From Propionibacterium sp. (GTDB taxonomy: Bacteria > Actinomycetota > Actinomycetes > Propionibacteriales > Propionibacteriaceae), in contig NZ_JBDNTB010000005.1 of assembly GCF_047719395.1 (NCBI RefSeq), forward strand, positions 1,431-65,430: a DNA stretch of 64,000 bases, in the 5' to 3' direction. A model generated the notes under the pieces. It saw nothing but the letters and a program-made list of their open reading frames with translations. It was not told where the DNA came from and did not search any database. A program made the position numbers and the translations under genes. Positions 24,294 through 34,168 of this stretch are shown piece by piece (within the stretch, counting starts at the first letter, position 1; every line of letters starts with the position of its first letter).

Positions 24294-25136
24294 ATGAGTG
24301 ATCCACATCCCTTCGCGCAGCGCTGGAACCACAACACCCACTACTACCCGCGCATCGCGGAGCTGGTGGAGGGCCGCCACCTGGTACTGGACGTGGGCTG
24401 CGGCGAGGGCACGCTGGCGCGCTATTTGGCGACGGGGGACACCGGCGTCGCGCAGGGTGCTGCTGGTGGCGGATCGTCGTCTGGGGCCCCTGGGACTGGC
24501 CCTTCGGATGACCAGGAGATTCCCAGCAGAGACGGCGGGGCCGGAGCGGCCCAGAATCTGGCACCAGTTGAAACTGACAGCCCTCTCGATGTCCACGACG
24601 CAACCCAGCCTGTTCAAGGCACTGGACATGACCGAGCTGCTGCTGCGCCCGGTGGCAGTACCTTCCGGCATGAGGTGATCGGTCTCGACATGGATGCGTC
24701 GGTGCTGCCCAAGGACTCGCCAGGAACTCACTTCGTGCTTGCCGACGGCCAGCAGATTCCCTATCCGGCGGGGTGCATCGACGCCGTGGTCTGCGTGGCT
24801 GCCCTGCATCACATGAACGCTCGGCTGGCGCTCACCGAAATGCACAGAGTGCTCCGCCCCGGAGGCCGCATCGTGATACTCGGCCTGGCGCATTGGGACT
24901 GGCGTCCCCAGGACGTCGCCGCCGACCTGCGAGACCTGGTGGTCAACACCTGGATGCGTACCCGCATGAAGCGCTGGGAACCCGATACCCTCAAGGAACC
25001 CGCCGAGTTGAACTGGTCCACCACACGAGCAACTGTCCAGGCGGCGTTGCCCGGGGCGAGCTTTCAGCGAGTGCGCATGTGGCGCTGGCTAGCGGTGTGG
25101 GACGACCCAGCGACACCGGGCGCCGCGCTCTCATGA
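24294..25136 (+). CDS. Class I SAM-dependent methyltransferase with a long low-complexity insertion
   Basis: Motif I VLDVGCGEGTLARYL, then about 85 aa of Gly/Ala/Ser/Pro-rich sequence before VIGLDMD, and later AALHHM...LRPGGRIVI. Confidence 0.8.
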   Translation: MSDPHPFAQRWNHNTHYYPRIAELVEGRHLVLDVGCGEGTLARYLATGDTGVAQGAAGGGSSSGAPGTGPSDDQEIPSRDGGAGAAQNLAPVETDSPLDVHDATQPVQGTGHDRAAAAPGGSTFRHEVIGLDMDASVLPKDSPGTHFVLADGQQIPYPAGCIDAVVCVAALHHMNARLALTEMHRVLRPGGRIVILGLAHWDWRPQDVAADLRDLVVNTWMRTRMKRWEPDTLKEPAELNWSTTRATVQAALPGASFQRVRMWRWLAVWDDPATPGAALS

Positions 25137-25222
25137 GCAAATGATCATCTTTTGACCGGTTCCGATTCGCGGTCAGCCAAGCCGACGCGCAACAATGGTT
25201 CGGGCTTATTTGAGGGGGATGC

Positions 25223-25699
25223 ATGCGGATCGCCATGGGCAGTGACCATGCTGGTTTCGAACTGAAGGAAATTCTGAAGGAGCACGTCGCGCAGCTCGGC
25301 CATGACGTGATCGATGTGGGTACTCACAGCCGCGAGAGCACCGACTACCCCACCTATGGTGCGGCTGCCGCACGCAAGGTTGTGGCCGGGGAAGCCGCGG
25401 TCGCCATCCTGGTGTGCGGCACCGGCATCGGTATCGGCATCGCCGCGAACAAGGTGCCCGGTGTGCGGTGCGCCATCGTGTCCGACGTGTACTCCGCGCA
25501 CATGGCGCGTTCCCACAACGAGGCGAATGCGATCGCGCTCGGTGGACGCGTGGTCGGGCCGGGGCTTGCCGAGGACATCGTCGACTCCTATCTGAATGCC
25601 GAATTCGCCGGGGGACGCCACGCCGAGCGCGTCGCCATGCTGAACGACCTCGACGCTGCGAGGGCCGAGGAGGGGCCGGCCACTCCGGCCGAGTGCTGA
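25223..25699 (+). CDS. rpiB: Ribose-5-phosphate isomerase B
   Basis: MRIAMGSDHAGFELKE...ILVCGTGIGIGIAANKVPGVRCA...ANAIALGGR. GAGGGGGA SD. Confidence 0.9.
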   Translation: MRIAMGSDHAGFELKEILKEHVAQLGHDVIDVGTHSRESTDYPTYGAAAARKVVAGEAAVAILVCGTGIGIGIAANKVPGVRCAIVSDVYSAHMARSHNEANAIALGGRVVGPGLAEDIVDSYLNAEFAGGRHAERVAMLNDLDAARAEEGPATPAEC

Positions 25700-25757
25700 T
25701 CCTGGGATGGATTCCGCGCGGTTTCGCGCCGGACGCCTGACACCCACATGCGAAAAC

Positions 25758-25786
25758 GCGGGCAGGGCCCCCTGGGCCCCACCCGC
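25758..25786. terminator. GC-rich hairpin between convergent rpiB and cysN
   Basis: gcggg-ca-gggcc / ggccc-ca-cccgc arms. Confidence 0.3.
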
Positions 25787-25806
25787 GTCCACCGCGTAAC
25801 AGGAAC

Positions 25807-27159
25807 TCAGAAACTCCAGTCGTCTGAGGGCTCAGCGGCGAAAGTGCCGCCGAAACCCTCATCGCCCTGCACCATGCCGGCGGCAAGGGTCCACCCCGAC
25901 TGGGGATCCACGAGAACGAATGCACCCCCGCGGCGGGTCTTCTGGTAGCTCTCGGCCATCACGGGCCCGGCCAGGCGGATACTCACCCGGCCGATGTCGT
26001 TCAGCTCCAAGGTGTCGCTCGGCGCCGGGCTCATGGTCTCCAGCTCCAGTTTCGCGGTGAGCTCGGACACAATCGCCTTGACCGTGGTGGTGCCATGCTT
26101 CAGCAGCACCCGCGCACCGGGCTTCAGCGGTTGCTCGCCCACCCAGCACAGCATCGCGTCGACATTCTTCACCGGTTTCGGCGCATCGGCAGCGGACGAG
26201 ATGAGCGTGCCGCGCGGCGCGTCGATCTCATCAGCCAGCCGCAGGGACACCGACTGCCCGGCCACCGCCTCGTCCAGCTGCTCGGCGGCGAGGTCGATGC
26301 CGACCACAGTGGAGTGCAGGCCCTTGGGCAGCACCACCACCTCGTCGCCGACACGAACTCGGCCGGCCGAAACCTGCCCTGCATAGCCGCGGTACTCGGC
26401 ATAGCTGGGGTCGATGGCGCCGGACTGCGGACGCAGCACCAGCTGCACCGGGAAGCGGAAACCCTCGATGTCGTCGTTCACAGGAACCAGCGAATCGAGT
26501 AGTTCCAGCAGGCTCGGCCCCTGGTACCAGGGCATGTTCGCCGACACGTGCACCACATTGTCACCGCCGAGTGCCGCGGTGGGGATGGTCACAATGCTGC
26601 TGATGCCCAGCTCGGTGGCAACCTGGCGTACGTCCTGCGAGATGGCGTCGTAAACGCTCTGGTCGAAGTCGACGAGGTCGATCTTGTTGATGGCCACGAT
26701 CACCTGCGGCACTCGCAGAAGCGCGGCGACTGCCAGATGACGGCGGGTCTGCTCCAACACGCCGTGGCGAGCGTCGATCAGCAGCACGAGCACATCGGCG
26801 GTCGATGAGCCGGTCACCGTGTTGCGCGTGTACTGCACATGCCCCGGGCAGTCGGCCAGGATGTAGGAGCGCTCGGCGGTGGAGAAGTAGCGGTAGGCGA
26901 CGTCGATGGTGATGCCCTGCTCGCGCTCGGCGCGCAGGCCGTCGGTGAGCAGCGCCAGGTCGACATGACCCAGACCGCGGGCTTTCGACACCCGCTCGAC
27001 ATCGGCGAGCTGGTCGGCCAGGATCGACTTCGAATCGGCCAACAGGCGTCCGACAAGGGTGGACTTTCCGTCGTCGACGGACCCGGCGGTGGCCAGGTGC
27101 AGCAGCACCCGGGGTTGCAGGGCGGCAGCGACGGAGTCGGGAACGGTGTCGGTGCTCAT
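25807..27159 (-). CDS. cysN: Sulfate adenylyltransferase subunit 1 (GTPase), without a fused APS kinase domain
   Basis: G1 GSVDDGKSTLVGRLL, G3 DCPGHVQY, G4 NKIDL. The ATG overlaps the cysD stop (ATGA). The upstream 145 codons of the track ORF are an artefact. Confidence 0.9.
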   Translation of the reverse strand: MSTDTVPDSVAAALQPRVLLHLATAGSVDDGKSTLVGRLLADSKSILADQLADVERVSKARGLGHVDLALLTDGLRAEREQGITIDVAYRYFSTAERSYILADCPGHVQYTRNTVTGSSTADVLVLLIDARHGVLEQTRRHLAVAALLRVPQVIVAINKIDLVDFDQSVYDAISQDVRQVATELGISSIVTIPTAALGGDNVVHVSANMPWYQGPSLLELLDSLVPVNDDIEGFRFPVQLVLRPQSGAIDPSYAEYRGYAGQVSAGRVRVGDEVVVLPKGLHSTVVGIDLAAEQLDEAVAGQSVSLRLADEIDAPRGTLISSAADAPKPVKNVDAMLCWVGEQPLKPGARVLLKHGTTTVKAIVSELTAKLELETMSPAPSDTLELNDIGRVSIRLAGPVMAESYQKTRRGGAFVLVDPQSGWTLAAGMVQGDEGFGGTFAAEPSDDWSF

Positions 27160-28088
27160 CAGAAGTAGCCCTCTTTCTTGCGGTCCTCCATGGCGGCCTC
27201 GGACAGCTTGTCGTCGGCGCGGGTGGCACCCCGCTCGGTGATGGTCGTGGTGGCGACATCGGCGAGCACGTCGTCGATGGTCTCGGCATCGGACTCCACG
27301 GCCCCGGTGCAGGACATGTCGCCGATGGTGCGGTAGCGCACCCGGCGGGTCACGACCTCTTCGCAGTCGCAGGGCTGGGTGACTGGCGAGACCGGCAGCA
27401 GCATGCCATTGCGCTCGAAGACCTCGCGGTCGTGCGAGAAGTACAGGCTCGGCAACTGGATGTTCTCCGCAGCGATGTAGTTCCACACGTCGAGCTCTGT
27501 CCAGTTCGACAACGGGAACACCCGCACGTGCTCGCCGACGCGGTGCCGCGGATTGTACAGATTCCACAACTCGGGACGCTGATTCCGCGGATCCCACTGG
27601 CCGAACTCGTCACGCAGACTCACCACGCGCTCCTTGGCGCGAGCCTTCTCCTCGTCGCGGCGACCACCGCCGAAGACGGCGTCGAAGCGGTTTTCGGCGA
27701 TGGCGTCCAGCAGTGGCTGGGTCTGCAGCGGGTTGCGGGTGCCGTCGGCGCGCTCCTGCAGACGACCGTCGTCGATGTAGTCCTGCACCTTGGCCACCAC
27801 GAGCTTGAGGCCCAGCTTCCGGACGACAGCGTCTCGGTAGTCGAGCACCTCGGGAAAGTTGTGGCCGGTGTCCACGTGCAGCAGCGGGAAGGGCACCCTG
27901 CCCGGCCAGAAGGCCTTGCATGCCAGGTGCAGCATGACGACCGAGTCCTTGCCGCCGCTGAACAGCAGGACAGGCCTCTCCAACTCGCCCACCGCCTCGC
28001 GGATGATGTGGATGGCCTCGCCCTCGAGGACTGCGAGGTGGGTGAGCGGTTTGGTATTCAATGTTGTGGTCACAGGTGGATCCCGCAT
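27159..28088 (-). CDS. cysD: Sulfate adenylyltransferase subunit 2
   Basis: PP-loop LLFSGGKDSVVMLHLA and a C-terminus ...RATRADDKLSEAAMEDRKKEGYF. Start is ATG 28088, or alternatively GTG 28073 overlapping the cysH stop. Confidence 0.9.
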   Translation of the reverse strand: MRDPPVTTTLNTKPLTHLAVLEGEAIHIIREAVGELERPVLLFSGGKDSVVMLHLACKAFWPGRVPFPLLHVDTGHNFPEVLDYRDAVVRKLGLKLVVAKVQDYIDDGRLQERADGTRNPLQTQPLLDAIAENRFDAVFGGGRRDEEKARAKERVVSLRDEFGQWDPRNQRPELWNLYNPRHRVGEHVRVFPLSNWTELDVWNYIAAENIQLPSLYFSHDREVFERNGMLLPVSPVTQPCDCEEVVTRRVRYRTIGDMSCTGAVESDAETIDDVLADVATTTITERGATRADDKLSEAAMEDRKKEGYF

Positions 28089-28957
28089 TCTGTCTTGGCT
28101 ACGCCCGCCCAACGGCCGGAGCGGGGGTCTTCGCCGGGGGCGACCGGCTTGGTGCAGGGCTCGCAGCCGATCGACGGGTAGCCCTCGGTCAGCAGCAGGT
28201 TGACGGGCACCTGGTGCTCGGACGCGTACCTGGTCATGTCGTCGAAGCTCCAGGCGGCAAGCGGATTGAGCTTGACCATCTGGTGCGTCTCGTCCCACTC
28301 GACCAGCTGTGCGTGGGAGCGAAAGGCGTTGTCCTCGCGACGGATGCCGGTGACCCAGGCCTCGTAGCCGGCCAACTCGCGGTTGATCGGTTCGACCTTG
28401 CGCATCTTGCAGCACAGCGTGGGATTGCGCGCATACAGCTTCTCGCCGTACTCGGCGTCCTGCTCGGCGACGCTCAGCTCGGGCAGTGCATCGATGATGT
28501 TCACGTCGACCGCGGCTTCCAGCGCGTCGCGCGTGCCGATGGTCTCGGCGAAGTGGTAGCCGGTGTTGAGGAACAGCACGTCGACGCCTGGGGAGTACTG
28601 CGCGATCAGGTGCGGCAGCACCGTGTCGCCGGCCATCGAACAGGCCACGATCATGGCCTCACCGAACTGCTCGTGTGCCCAGAGCGCGACGTCCTCGGCA
28701 GAGGCATCGGCGAGCGCGACGGCGGCCTCATCGGCGATGTACTTCAATTCGGCTGCGGACCGGCGCCGGCCGGGGCCATGGCTCTCGAAACGGCTCTCGG
28801 GTTTCCCGGCCTCGGCCTGTTTCTTGGCTGCCGCGCGGTTGGCGATCCGCTGCTTGGCCGCCTCTCGCTGGGCCGCCAGCTGCTCAGCTGGGCTGGGACC
28901 GGCCGACTGTCCGGTCGGCGCCTCCGGGCTCGCGGTCCGTGCACTCGTGTCGCTCAT
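28070..28957 (-). CDS. cysH: Adenylylsulfate (APS)/PAPS reductase, Fe-S (APS-reductase) type
   Basis: Cys pair LCCKMRK plus C-E-P-C and the terminal ECGIH motif. The ATG overlaps the sulfite reductase stop (ATGA). The N-terminal extension is long and low-complexity. Confidence 0.85.
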   Translation of the reverse strand: MSDTSARTASPEAPTGQSAGPSPAEQLAAQREAAKQRIANRAAAKKQAEAGKPESRFESHGPGRRRSAAELKYIADEAAVALADASAEDVALWAHEQFGEAMIVACSMAGDTVLPHLIAQYSPGVDVLFLNTGYHFAETIGTRDALEAAVDVNIIDALPELSVAEQDAEYGEKLYARNPTLCCKMRKVEPINRELAGYEAWVTGIRREDNAFRSHAQLVEWDETHQMVKLNPLAAWSFDDMTRYASEHQVPVNLLLTEGYPSIGCEPCTKPVAPGEDPRSGRWAGVAKTECGIHL

Positions 28958-30633
28958 CGCAGGCTGTCCTCCTCTGCTCTCTGAACCCACTGGGCAAATG
29001 TCTCATCGCTGCTGCGCTCTGCCAGGAAGCTCCTGGTGACGCGTTCCACATAGTCAGGCAGCTCCTTGACGGAGATCTTCAGGCCCCGCAGGGTGCGCCC
29101 GAGACCCGCCTCGCCGCGATCCAGCGACTCGAGGCCACCACCCAGGTGCACCTGGAAGTAGAACTGGGTCTTGCCCGCGTCGTCTGGTGCCACCTGTCCC
29201 TTGAGGCCGATGTCCGCGATCTGGATGCGTGCGCAGGAGTTGGGGCAGCCGTTGATGTTCAGCGTGATCGGGGCGGGCAGCTCCACACCCTCGAACCGCC
29301 TGTCCAAGTCCTCGATGGTCCTGCGGGCCAGTGCCTTGGTCTCGACGAAGGCGAACTTGCAGTACTCCAGGCCGGTGCAGGCCAGCGTGGCGCGGCGGAA
29401 CGGCCCCGGGTTCGCGGTGAGGCCGATGTCTTCCATGGTGGACAGCAGCTTGTTCACCTTGGTCTTGTAGACGTCCAGCACGACAAGCTTCTGCTGCGGG
29501 GTGAAGGTCACGCGGTGCGAGCCGGCGGCCTCGGCGGCCGTGGCGATGTCACCGAGCATCCCGCCACTCAGCCGGCCCACGACAGGGGCGAAGCCGACGA
29601 ACTTCTTGCCGTTCTTCTGGTCGTGGACGCCGATGTGGTCGCTCGGCCCGGTGGGCTGGGCGGGTGCTGGGCCATCGGGCAGCTGGTAGCCGAGGAACTC
29701 GTCCTGCAGGACCTGGCGGAACTTCTCAGGGCCCCAGTCGGCCATCAGGAACTTCAGCCGGGCCTTGGCGCGCAGCCGGCGGTAGCCGTACTCGCGGAAC
29801 AGCCGGATCATCGCGAACCAGACCTCGGGGGCCTGCTCCTGGGTGACGAAGGCGCCGAGCCGCTTGCCCAGCTTCGGGGCCACCGAGAGCGCGCCACCGG
29901 CCCAAAGATCGAAGCCAGGGCCGAGTTCGGGGTGCACCACGCCGACGAACGAGATGTCATTGATCTCGTGCAGGACGTCCAGGCTCGGGGAGCCGGTCAT
30001 CGCAGTCTTGAACTTGCGCGGCAGATTCGAGATCTCCTCGCGCCCGATGTAGCGCTCGCGGATCGCTTTGGCGACCGGGAGCGGATCGATGATCTCGTCG
30101 GCCGCGACACCGGCGACCGGGGAGACGAGGAAGCTGCGCGGAGTGTCGCCGCAGGCCTGCACGGTGGTGAGGCCGACGGCCTCGAGGCGGCGCCAGATCT
30201 CGGGGATCGATTCGATGTCGATCCAGTGCAGCTGGAGGTTCTGCCGATCGGTGATGTCGGCGGAGCCGCGGGCGAACTCTGTGGAGATGCCGGCCAGCAC
30301 CCGCAGCTGGCGGGTGGTGATGGGCTGGCCGTCGATGCGCACCCGCATCAGGAAGTGGGAATCGTTGAGGTCCTCGGGGGCGACGGTTCCGGTGCGTCCG
30401 CCCGAGATGCCCTGCTTGCGCTGGGTGTAGACGCCCCACCAGCGCAGCCGGCCGTTGAGATCGTCATCGGGGATGGACTTGAAGCCCTTTTTCGCGTACT
30501 CGGTGAGGACCCGCTCACGGACGTGAAGCCCGTTGTCGGCGGCCTTGAAGACCTCGTTGGCGTTGAGCGGATCGTGGCCGTCGACGGCCCACTGGCCCTC
30601 GGGGCGTCTCTTGTGAGTAATGGTGGTCATCAT
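28954..30633 (-). CDS. Ferredoxin-dependent sulfite reductase (nitrite/sulfite reductase hemoprotein family)
   Basis: 559 aa with siroheme/4Fe-4S cysteine motifs ACTGLEYCKFA and NGCPNSCARIQ. Confidence 0.9.
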   Translation of the reverse strand: MMTTITHKRRPEGQWAVDGHDPLNANEVFKAADNGLHVRERVLTEYAKKGFKSIPDDDLNGRLRWWGVYTQRKQGISGGRTGTVAPEDLNDSHFLMRVRIDGQPITTRQLRVLAGISTEFARGSADITDRQNLQLHWIDIESIPEIWRRLEAVGLTTVQACGDTPRSFLVSPVAGVAADEIIDPLPVAKAIRERYIGREEISNLPRKFKTAMTGSPSLDVLHEINDISFVGVVHPELGPGFDLWAGGALSVAPKLGKRLGAFVTQEQAPEVWFAMIRLFREYGYRRLRAKARLKFLMADWGPEKFRQVLQDEFLGYQLPDGPAPAQPTGPSDHIGVHDQKNGKKFVGFAPVVGRLSGGMLGDIATAAEAAGSHRVTFTPQQKLVVLDVYKTKVNKLLSTMEDIGLTANPGPFRRATLACTGLEYCKFAFVETKALARRTIEDLDRRFEGVELPAPITLNINGCPNSCARIQIADIGLKGQVAPDDAGKTQFYFQVHLGGGLESLDRGEAGLGRTLRGLKISVKELPDYVERVTRSFLAERSSDETFAQWVQRAEEDSLR

Positions 30634-30970
30634 TGAGCTCTCGGTCTTGGCCCATGCGTCCGGGGAGCGTGGTCACACGGCCGGGCGCGCGGGCCCGGCG
30701 GCATGGTTGGGGGGGAATGATCCAAGTGCTGGGCGCGCGATCAAGCAGCGCGACAACACATGCCGCCAGCGACAGAGGGCCCCTGGAAACTGGGCTGCTG
30801 GTCGGACGACACGGCGTCCACTGTAGCAGCGGACTCGGGCGCCTCTGCTGACGTCCGCGGGCAGGACGGTGGGCGGTGTGCATGGGTCGCGATCCATCCG
30901 GTCGTGCCCGATGGCTGTCCCACGACGGTGGTCGGTTACCCGCACCGTGTGGAGTCCATCCCGCGTCGGC

Positions 30971-31000
30971 CACGAGGGCATCGACCACGAGGGCATCGAA
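30971..31000. repeat. Tandem 15-mer cacgagggcatcgac / cacgagggcatcgaa
   Basis: Read directly. It lies in the 820-bp divergent intergenic region between sir and the sulfate-binding protein gene. Confidence 0.8.
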
Positions 31001-31383
31001 TTGGTCGTGCGTGCGATCGCGGGGTGGTCCTGCACGGTTCGTCCGGAAACCCCACGGCAGCGTCACCTCGGAACGGCCACAGCAGAGGGGAAGCACACAC
31101 TGACAGGTGCCTCCATCAGATGGGCACTGCTAGCGATCTGGCCGTCATGAGTTATGGTTGAGCCCATGACTGAACAGCTGCGAATTGCGCCCGTGTCGCG
31201 CCGCGCGCTGTGTTGTCTGTGTCCAGCGTGCTGTTGACCTCAACGGTCACTTCCATGTGCGCCATATCCGGTTCCTGTCTTCACGTCTCCGGAATGACCA
31301 GACCAGACAAGTTTTGATTCAATTCGGTCATCAGGAGTTTGAGTCCGGACTGGAAGCCATCTGCGCACAATCCGCGTTAAGTA

Positions 31384-31428
31384 CCCCTAAGAAATCTTCA
31401 CGGAGAATTTGACCCCCAAGAAATCTCC
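31384..31428 (+). promoter_or_regulatory. Two 16-bp direct repeats (cccctaagaaatcttc / cccccaagaaatctcc) with a 29-bp period, just upstream of the sulfate transporter operon
   Basis: 14 of 16 positions identical. The second copy ends 25 nt before the ATG at 31454. The local stretch is AT-rich. Confidence 0.4.
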
Positions 31429-31453
31429 GCTCATCTCCAAAGGATATCGATAC

Positions 31454-32485
31454 ATGATCACTCGGCGTTCACTGCTGACCACCACCGCTGCCCTGCTTCC
31501 CGCAGTGGGACTGGCCGCCTGCTCCAACGTCCCGAAGGGCCAAAGCGGCGCCAGCGCGGCGTCGGGCACTGTCAAACTGGTCGGCTACTCCACTCCAGCC
31601 GCTGCCAACTCGGCGGTCAGCGCAGCGTTCAACAAGACGAGTGCCGGTTCCGGGACCTCCTTCCAGACCTCCTACGGGGCCTCCGGAGACCAGAGCCGCA
31701 ATGTTGCCAACGGTCAGGCAGCCGACTACGTGCACTTCTCCGTCGGCTCCGATGTCACCCGCCTGTTGGACAAGGGTCTGGTCGCGAAGGACTGGGATTC
31801 GGGCACCTACAAGGGAATCGTCACGACGACACTGGTGGCCGTCGGGGTACGCCCGGGAAATCCGCTGGGCATCACCGGCTGGGATGATCTCACCAAGCCC
31901 GGTGTGCAAATCGTCACACCCAATCCCAGCTCATCCGGTTCGGCGCGATGGAACATCCTCGCCGTCTGGGCGCACATCGCGTCCCTGGGGGGCAGCGAAG
32001 ATGACGCCAAGACATTCCTCAACCAGGTGCTGAAGAATACCGTCTCGCTGCCCGGCAGCGGCCGGGACGCCACCACAGCCTTCACCGGCGGCACCGGGAA
32101 TGTCCTGCTCTCCTACGAGACCGAGGCCATCTATGCCCGCCAGCAGCAGGCGGGGGTCTTCGATTATCTGATCCCCGAAGACACCCTGCTCATCGAAAAT
32201 CCCGGTGCCGTCACTGTGAATTCCTCGGCGCCATCAAAACCCTGGCTCGATTACGTACTTTCCGAACCTGCTCAGCAGATATACGCCCAGTACGGATTCC
32301 GTCCGCTCATCGGCAAGGCCCCCACGGGTATCAAGGGGGTCAACGACGCGAACAATCCCTATCCCACACCCGAGCACCTCTTCACGATCGACAAAGATTT
32401 CGGTGGCTGGGCGGCGGCCAACACCAAGTTCTTCGGCGATTCCGGAATTGTGACCCAGGCGCTGTCCCAGGCGGGGAAGTCATGA
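31454..32485 (+). CDS. Sulfate/thiosulfate ABC transporter substrate-binding lipoprotein
   Basis: Signal/lipobox MITRRSLLTTTAALLPAVGLAAC. Operon with cysTWA, with an ATGA overlap to cysT. Confidence 0.85.
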   Translation: MITRRSLLTTTAALLPAVGLAACSNVPKGQSGASAASGTVKLVGYSTPAAANSAVSAAFNKTSAGSGTSFQTSYGASGDQSRNVANGQAADYVHFSVGSDVTRLLDKGLVAKDWDSGTYKGIVTTTLVAVGVRPGNPLGITGWDDLTKPGVQIVTPNPSSSGSARWNILAVWAHIASLGGSEDDAKTFLNQVLKNTVSLPGSGRDATTAFTGGTGNVLLSYETEAIYARQQQAGVFDYLIPEDTLLIENPGAVTVNSSAPSKPWLDYVLSEPAQQIYAQYGFRPLIGKAPTGIKGVNDANNPYPTPEHLFTIDKDFGGWAAANTKFFGDSGIVTQALSQAGKS

Positions 32486-33369
32486 GTGTCACAGCCGCCG
32501 TCGTGGCGGATCCGGACCCGTCGCTCCATGATGACCAGCAGCCCACGAAGAAATCCCGTCGGCGCACCATGAATCCGCGTCGCAAGCTGACCAAGACCTC
32601 AGGCCTGGGTCTCGGCATTGCGGTGGTGTGGTTCAGCATTCTGGTGCTCATCCCGCTCGCAGTGGTCGTCGGCACATCCGCCGCGGGCGGCCTGGCAAAT
32701 TTCATCGCCGCCCTCGCCAATGCCCAGACGCTCAATGCGATCGGGCTCACCGTGACGGTTTCCCTGGTGGTCACCGCACTCAACGTCGTCCTCGGGACGA
32801 TCATCGCCTGGGTGTTGGTGCGGGACCGGTTCTGGGGACACTCGGTCCTCAACATTGTCATCGACGTCCCCTTCGCGCTGCCCACCATCGTGGCCGGCCT
32901 TGTGCTGCTGTCCCTGTACGGGAACAGCTCCCCGCTCGGTGTCAACATCGCCAATACCCGCTGGTCGGTCGGTCTGGCCATCGCCTTCGTGACCCTGCCC
33001 TTCGTCGTGAGGTCGGTGCAGCCGGTGCTGGAGGAGCTGGAAACCGATGTCGAAGAGGCTGCCACCTGCTTGGGCGCCGGTGCCCTCGTCACCTTCAGCC
33101 GCATCGTGCTGCCCAGCCTCATCCCCGCGATCACCTCGGGAGCGGCGCTCTCCTTCGCCCGCGGGATCAGCGAATACGGATCGATGGTGCTTCTCAGCGG
33201 CAATCTCCCCAACAAGACCGAGGTGGTCAGCGTCCGGATGCTGACTCATATTGAGAATGGCGACATGGCCTCTGCCGCGGCGCTGGCCACAGGCATGCTG
33301 ATCATCGCCGCGGCCGTCATCGTCGCCCTCGATGTGCTACGCAGAACGGTGGATCGTCGTGATTCGTGA
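32482..33369 (+). CDS. cysT: Sulfate ABC transporter permease
   Basis: Six hydrophobic segments and the EAA-loop region EEAATCLGAGALVTFSRIVLP. Confidence 0.85.
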   Translation: MSVTAAVVADPDPSLHDDQQPTKKSRRRTMNPRRKLTKTSGLGLGIAVVWFSILVLIPLAVVVGTSAAGGLANFIAALANAQTLNAIGLTVTVSLVVTALNVVLGTIIAWVLVRDRFWGHSVLNIVIDVPFALPTIVAGLVLLSLYGNSSPLGVNIANTRWSVGLAIAFVTLPFVVRSVQPVLEELETDVEEAATCLGAGALVTFSRIVLPSLIPAITSGAALSFARGISEYGSMVLLSGNLPNKTEVVSVRMLTHIENGDMASAAALATGMLIIAAAVIVALDVLRRTVDRRDS

Positions 33370-34168
33370 ACCAGGTCCAGTCAAGTGGATGCTTCGGCTG
33401 GTGGCGATCGTCTATGTGGCCCTGCTCGTCGTGTGGCCGATCCTCATCGTCGCGCAGCGCACCTTCGCGCCGGGTTGGCAGGCCATCATGACCTCGCTTT
33501 CCAGCCCTGAGGTGCAGCACAGCCTTCAGCTCACCGCTCAGGCGACCTTCTGGTCGGTGCTGTGCAACTTGGTCTTCGGCGTCGGCATCTCGTTGCTGCT
33601 GGTGCGCTATGACTTCGCGGGCAAGGGGGTGCTGTCGGTGCTGCTCGACCTGCCGCTGTCGGTCTCCCCGCCTGTCGTCGGTCTCGCACTGATGCTCGTG
33701 TACTCGCGTGATTCGCCGGTGGGCAGCTGGCTGTACTCGGCCGGTTACCAGATCATCTTCGCCACACCGGGCATCGTGCTTGCCACCACCTTCGTGGCAC
33801 TGCCGCTGGTGATCCGGGAGGTCGTCCCCGTGCTCACCGAAATAGGCGACGACCAGGAGGTGGCCGCCACGAGCCTGGGCGCCAGCGGATGGCAGTCTTT
33901 CTGGCGGATCACCCTGCCAGGTATCAAGTGGGCCGTGGTCTACGGCGTCGTGCTCACGCTGGCGCGTTCGATTGGCGAGTTCGGGGCCGTCAAAGTGGTC
34001 TCCGGGAATATCTCGCTGCAGACCCAGACCTCAACCCTTGTCGTGCAGGACACCTACCAGAACTTCGAGCAGCAGACCGCGTACACCGTGTCCCTGCTGC
34101 TCACCCTGGTGGCAGTCGTCTGCATCACAGTCGTCACACTTCTTCGTCCCAAGGAGGACAAGGCATGA
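33359..34168 (+). CDS. cysW: Sulfate ABC transporter permease
   Basis: EAA-loop [22 protein letters not shown]. Start uncertain: GTG 33359 with GGTGGA upstream, or ATG 33332. Confidence 0.8.
   Translation: MIREPGPVKWMLRLVAIVYVALLVVWPILIVAQRTFAPGWQAIMTSLSSPEVQHSLQLTAQATFWSVLCNLVFGVGISLLLVRYDFAGKGVLSVLLDLPLSVSPPVVGLALMLVYSRDSPVGSWLYSAGYQIIFATPGIVLATTFVALPLVIREVVPVLTEIGDDQEVAATSLGASGWQSFWRITLPGIKWAVVYGVVLTLARSIGEFGAVKVVSGNISLQTQTSTLVVQDTYQNFEQQTAYTVSLLLTLVAVVCITVVTLLRPKEDKA

Noticed and set aside
27160-27597. N-terminal 145-codon extension of the cysN ORF in the track (25807-27597)
   Set aside because: The extension overlaps cysD in another frame and is Arg/Ala/Pro-rich. The conserved CysN N-terminus and an ATGA coupling fix the start at 27159. 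Over-extended track ORFs were trimmed in the same way at 7119-8540, 8417-13138, 41752-42663, 44898-45404, 47808-48737, 49824-51386, 52774-53934, 53244-53711, 53609-54712, 56034-57392 and 57503-58450.
30634-31150. Candidate genes in the sir/sbp intergenic region (ORFs at 30760-31161 plus and 30673-31035 minus), or a SAM-type riboswitch ahead of sir
   Set aside because: The translations are Arg/Gly/Pro-rich with no motifs or SD. I could not match SAM-IV or SAM-I consensus elements by eye.
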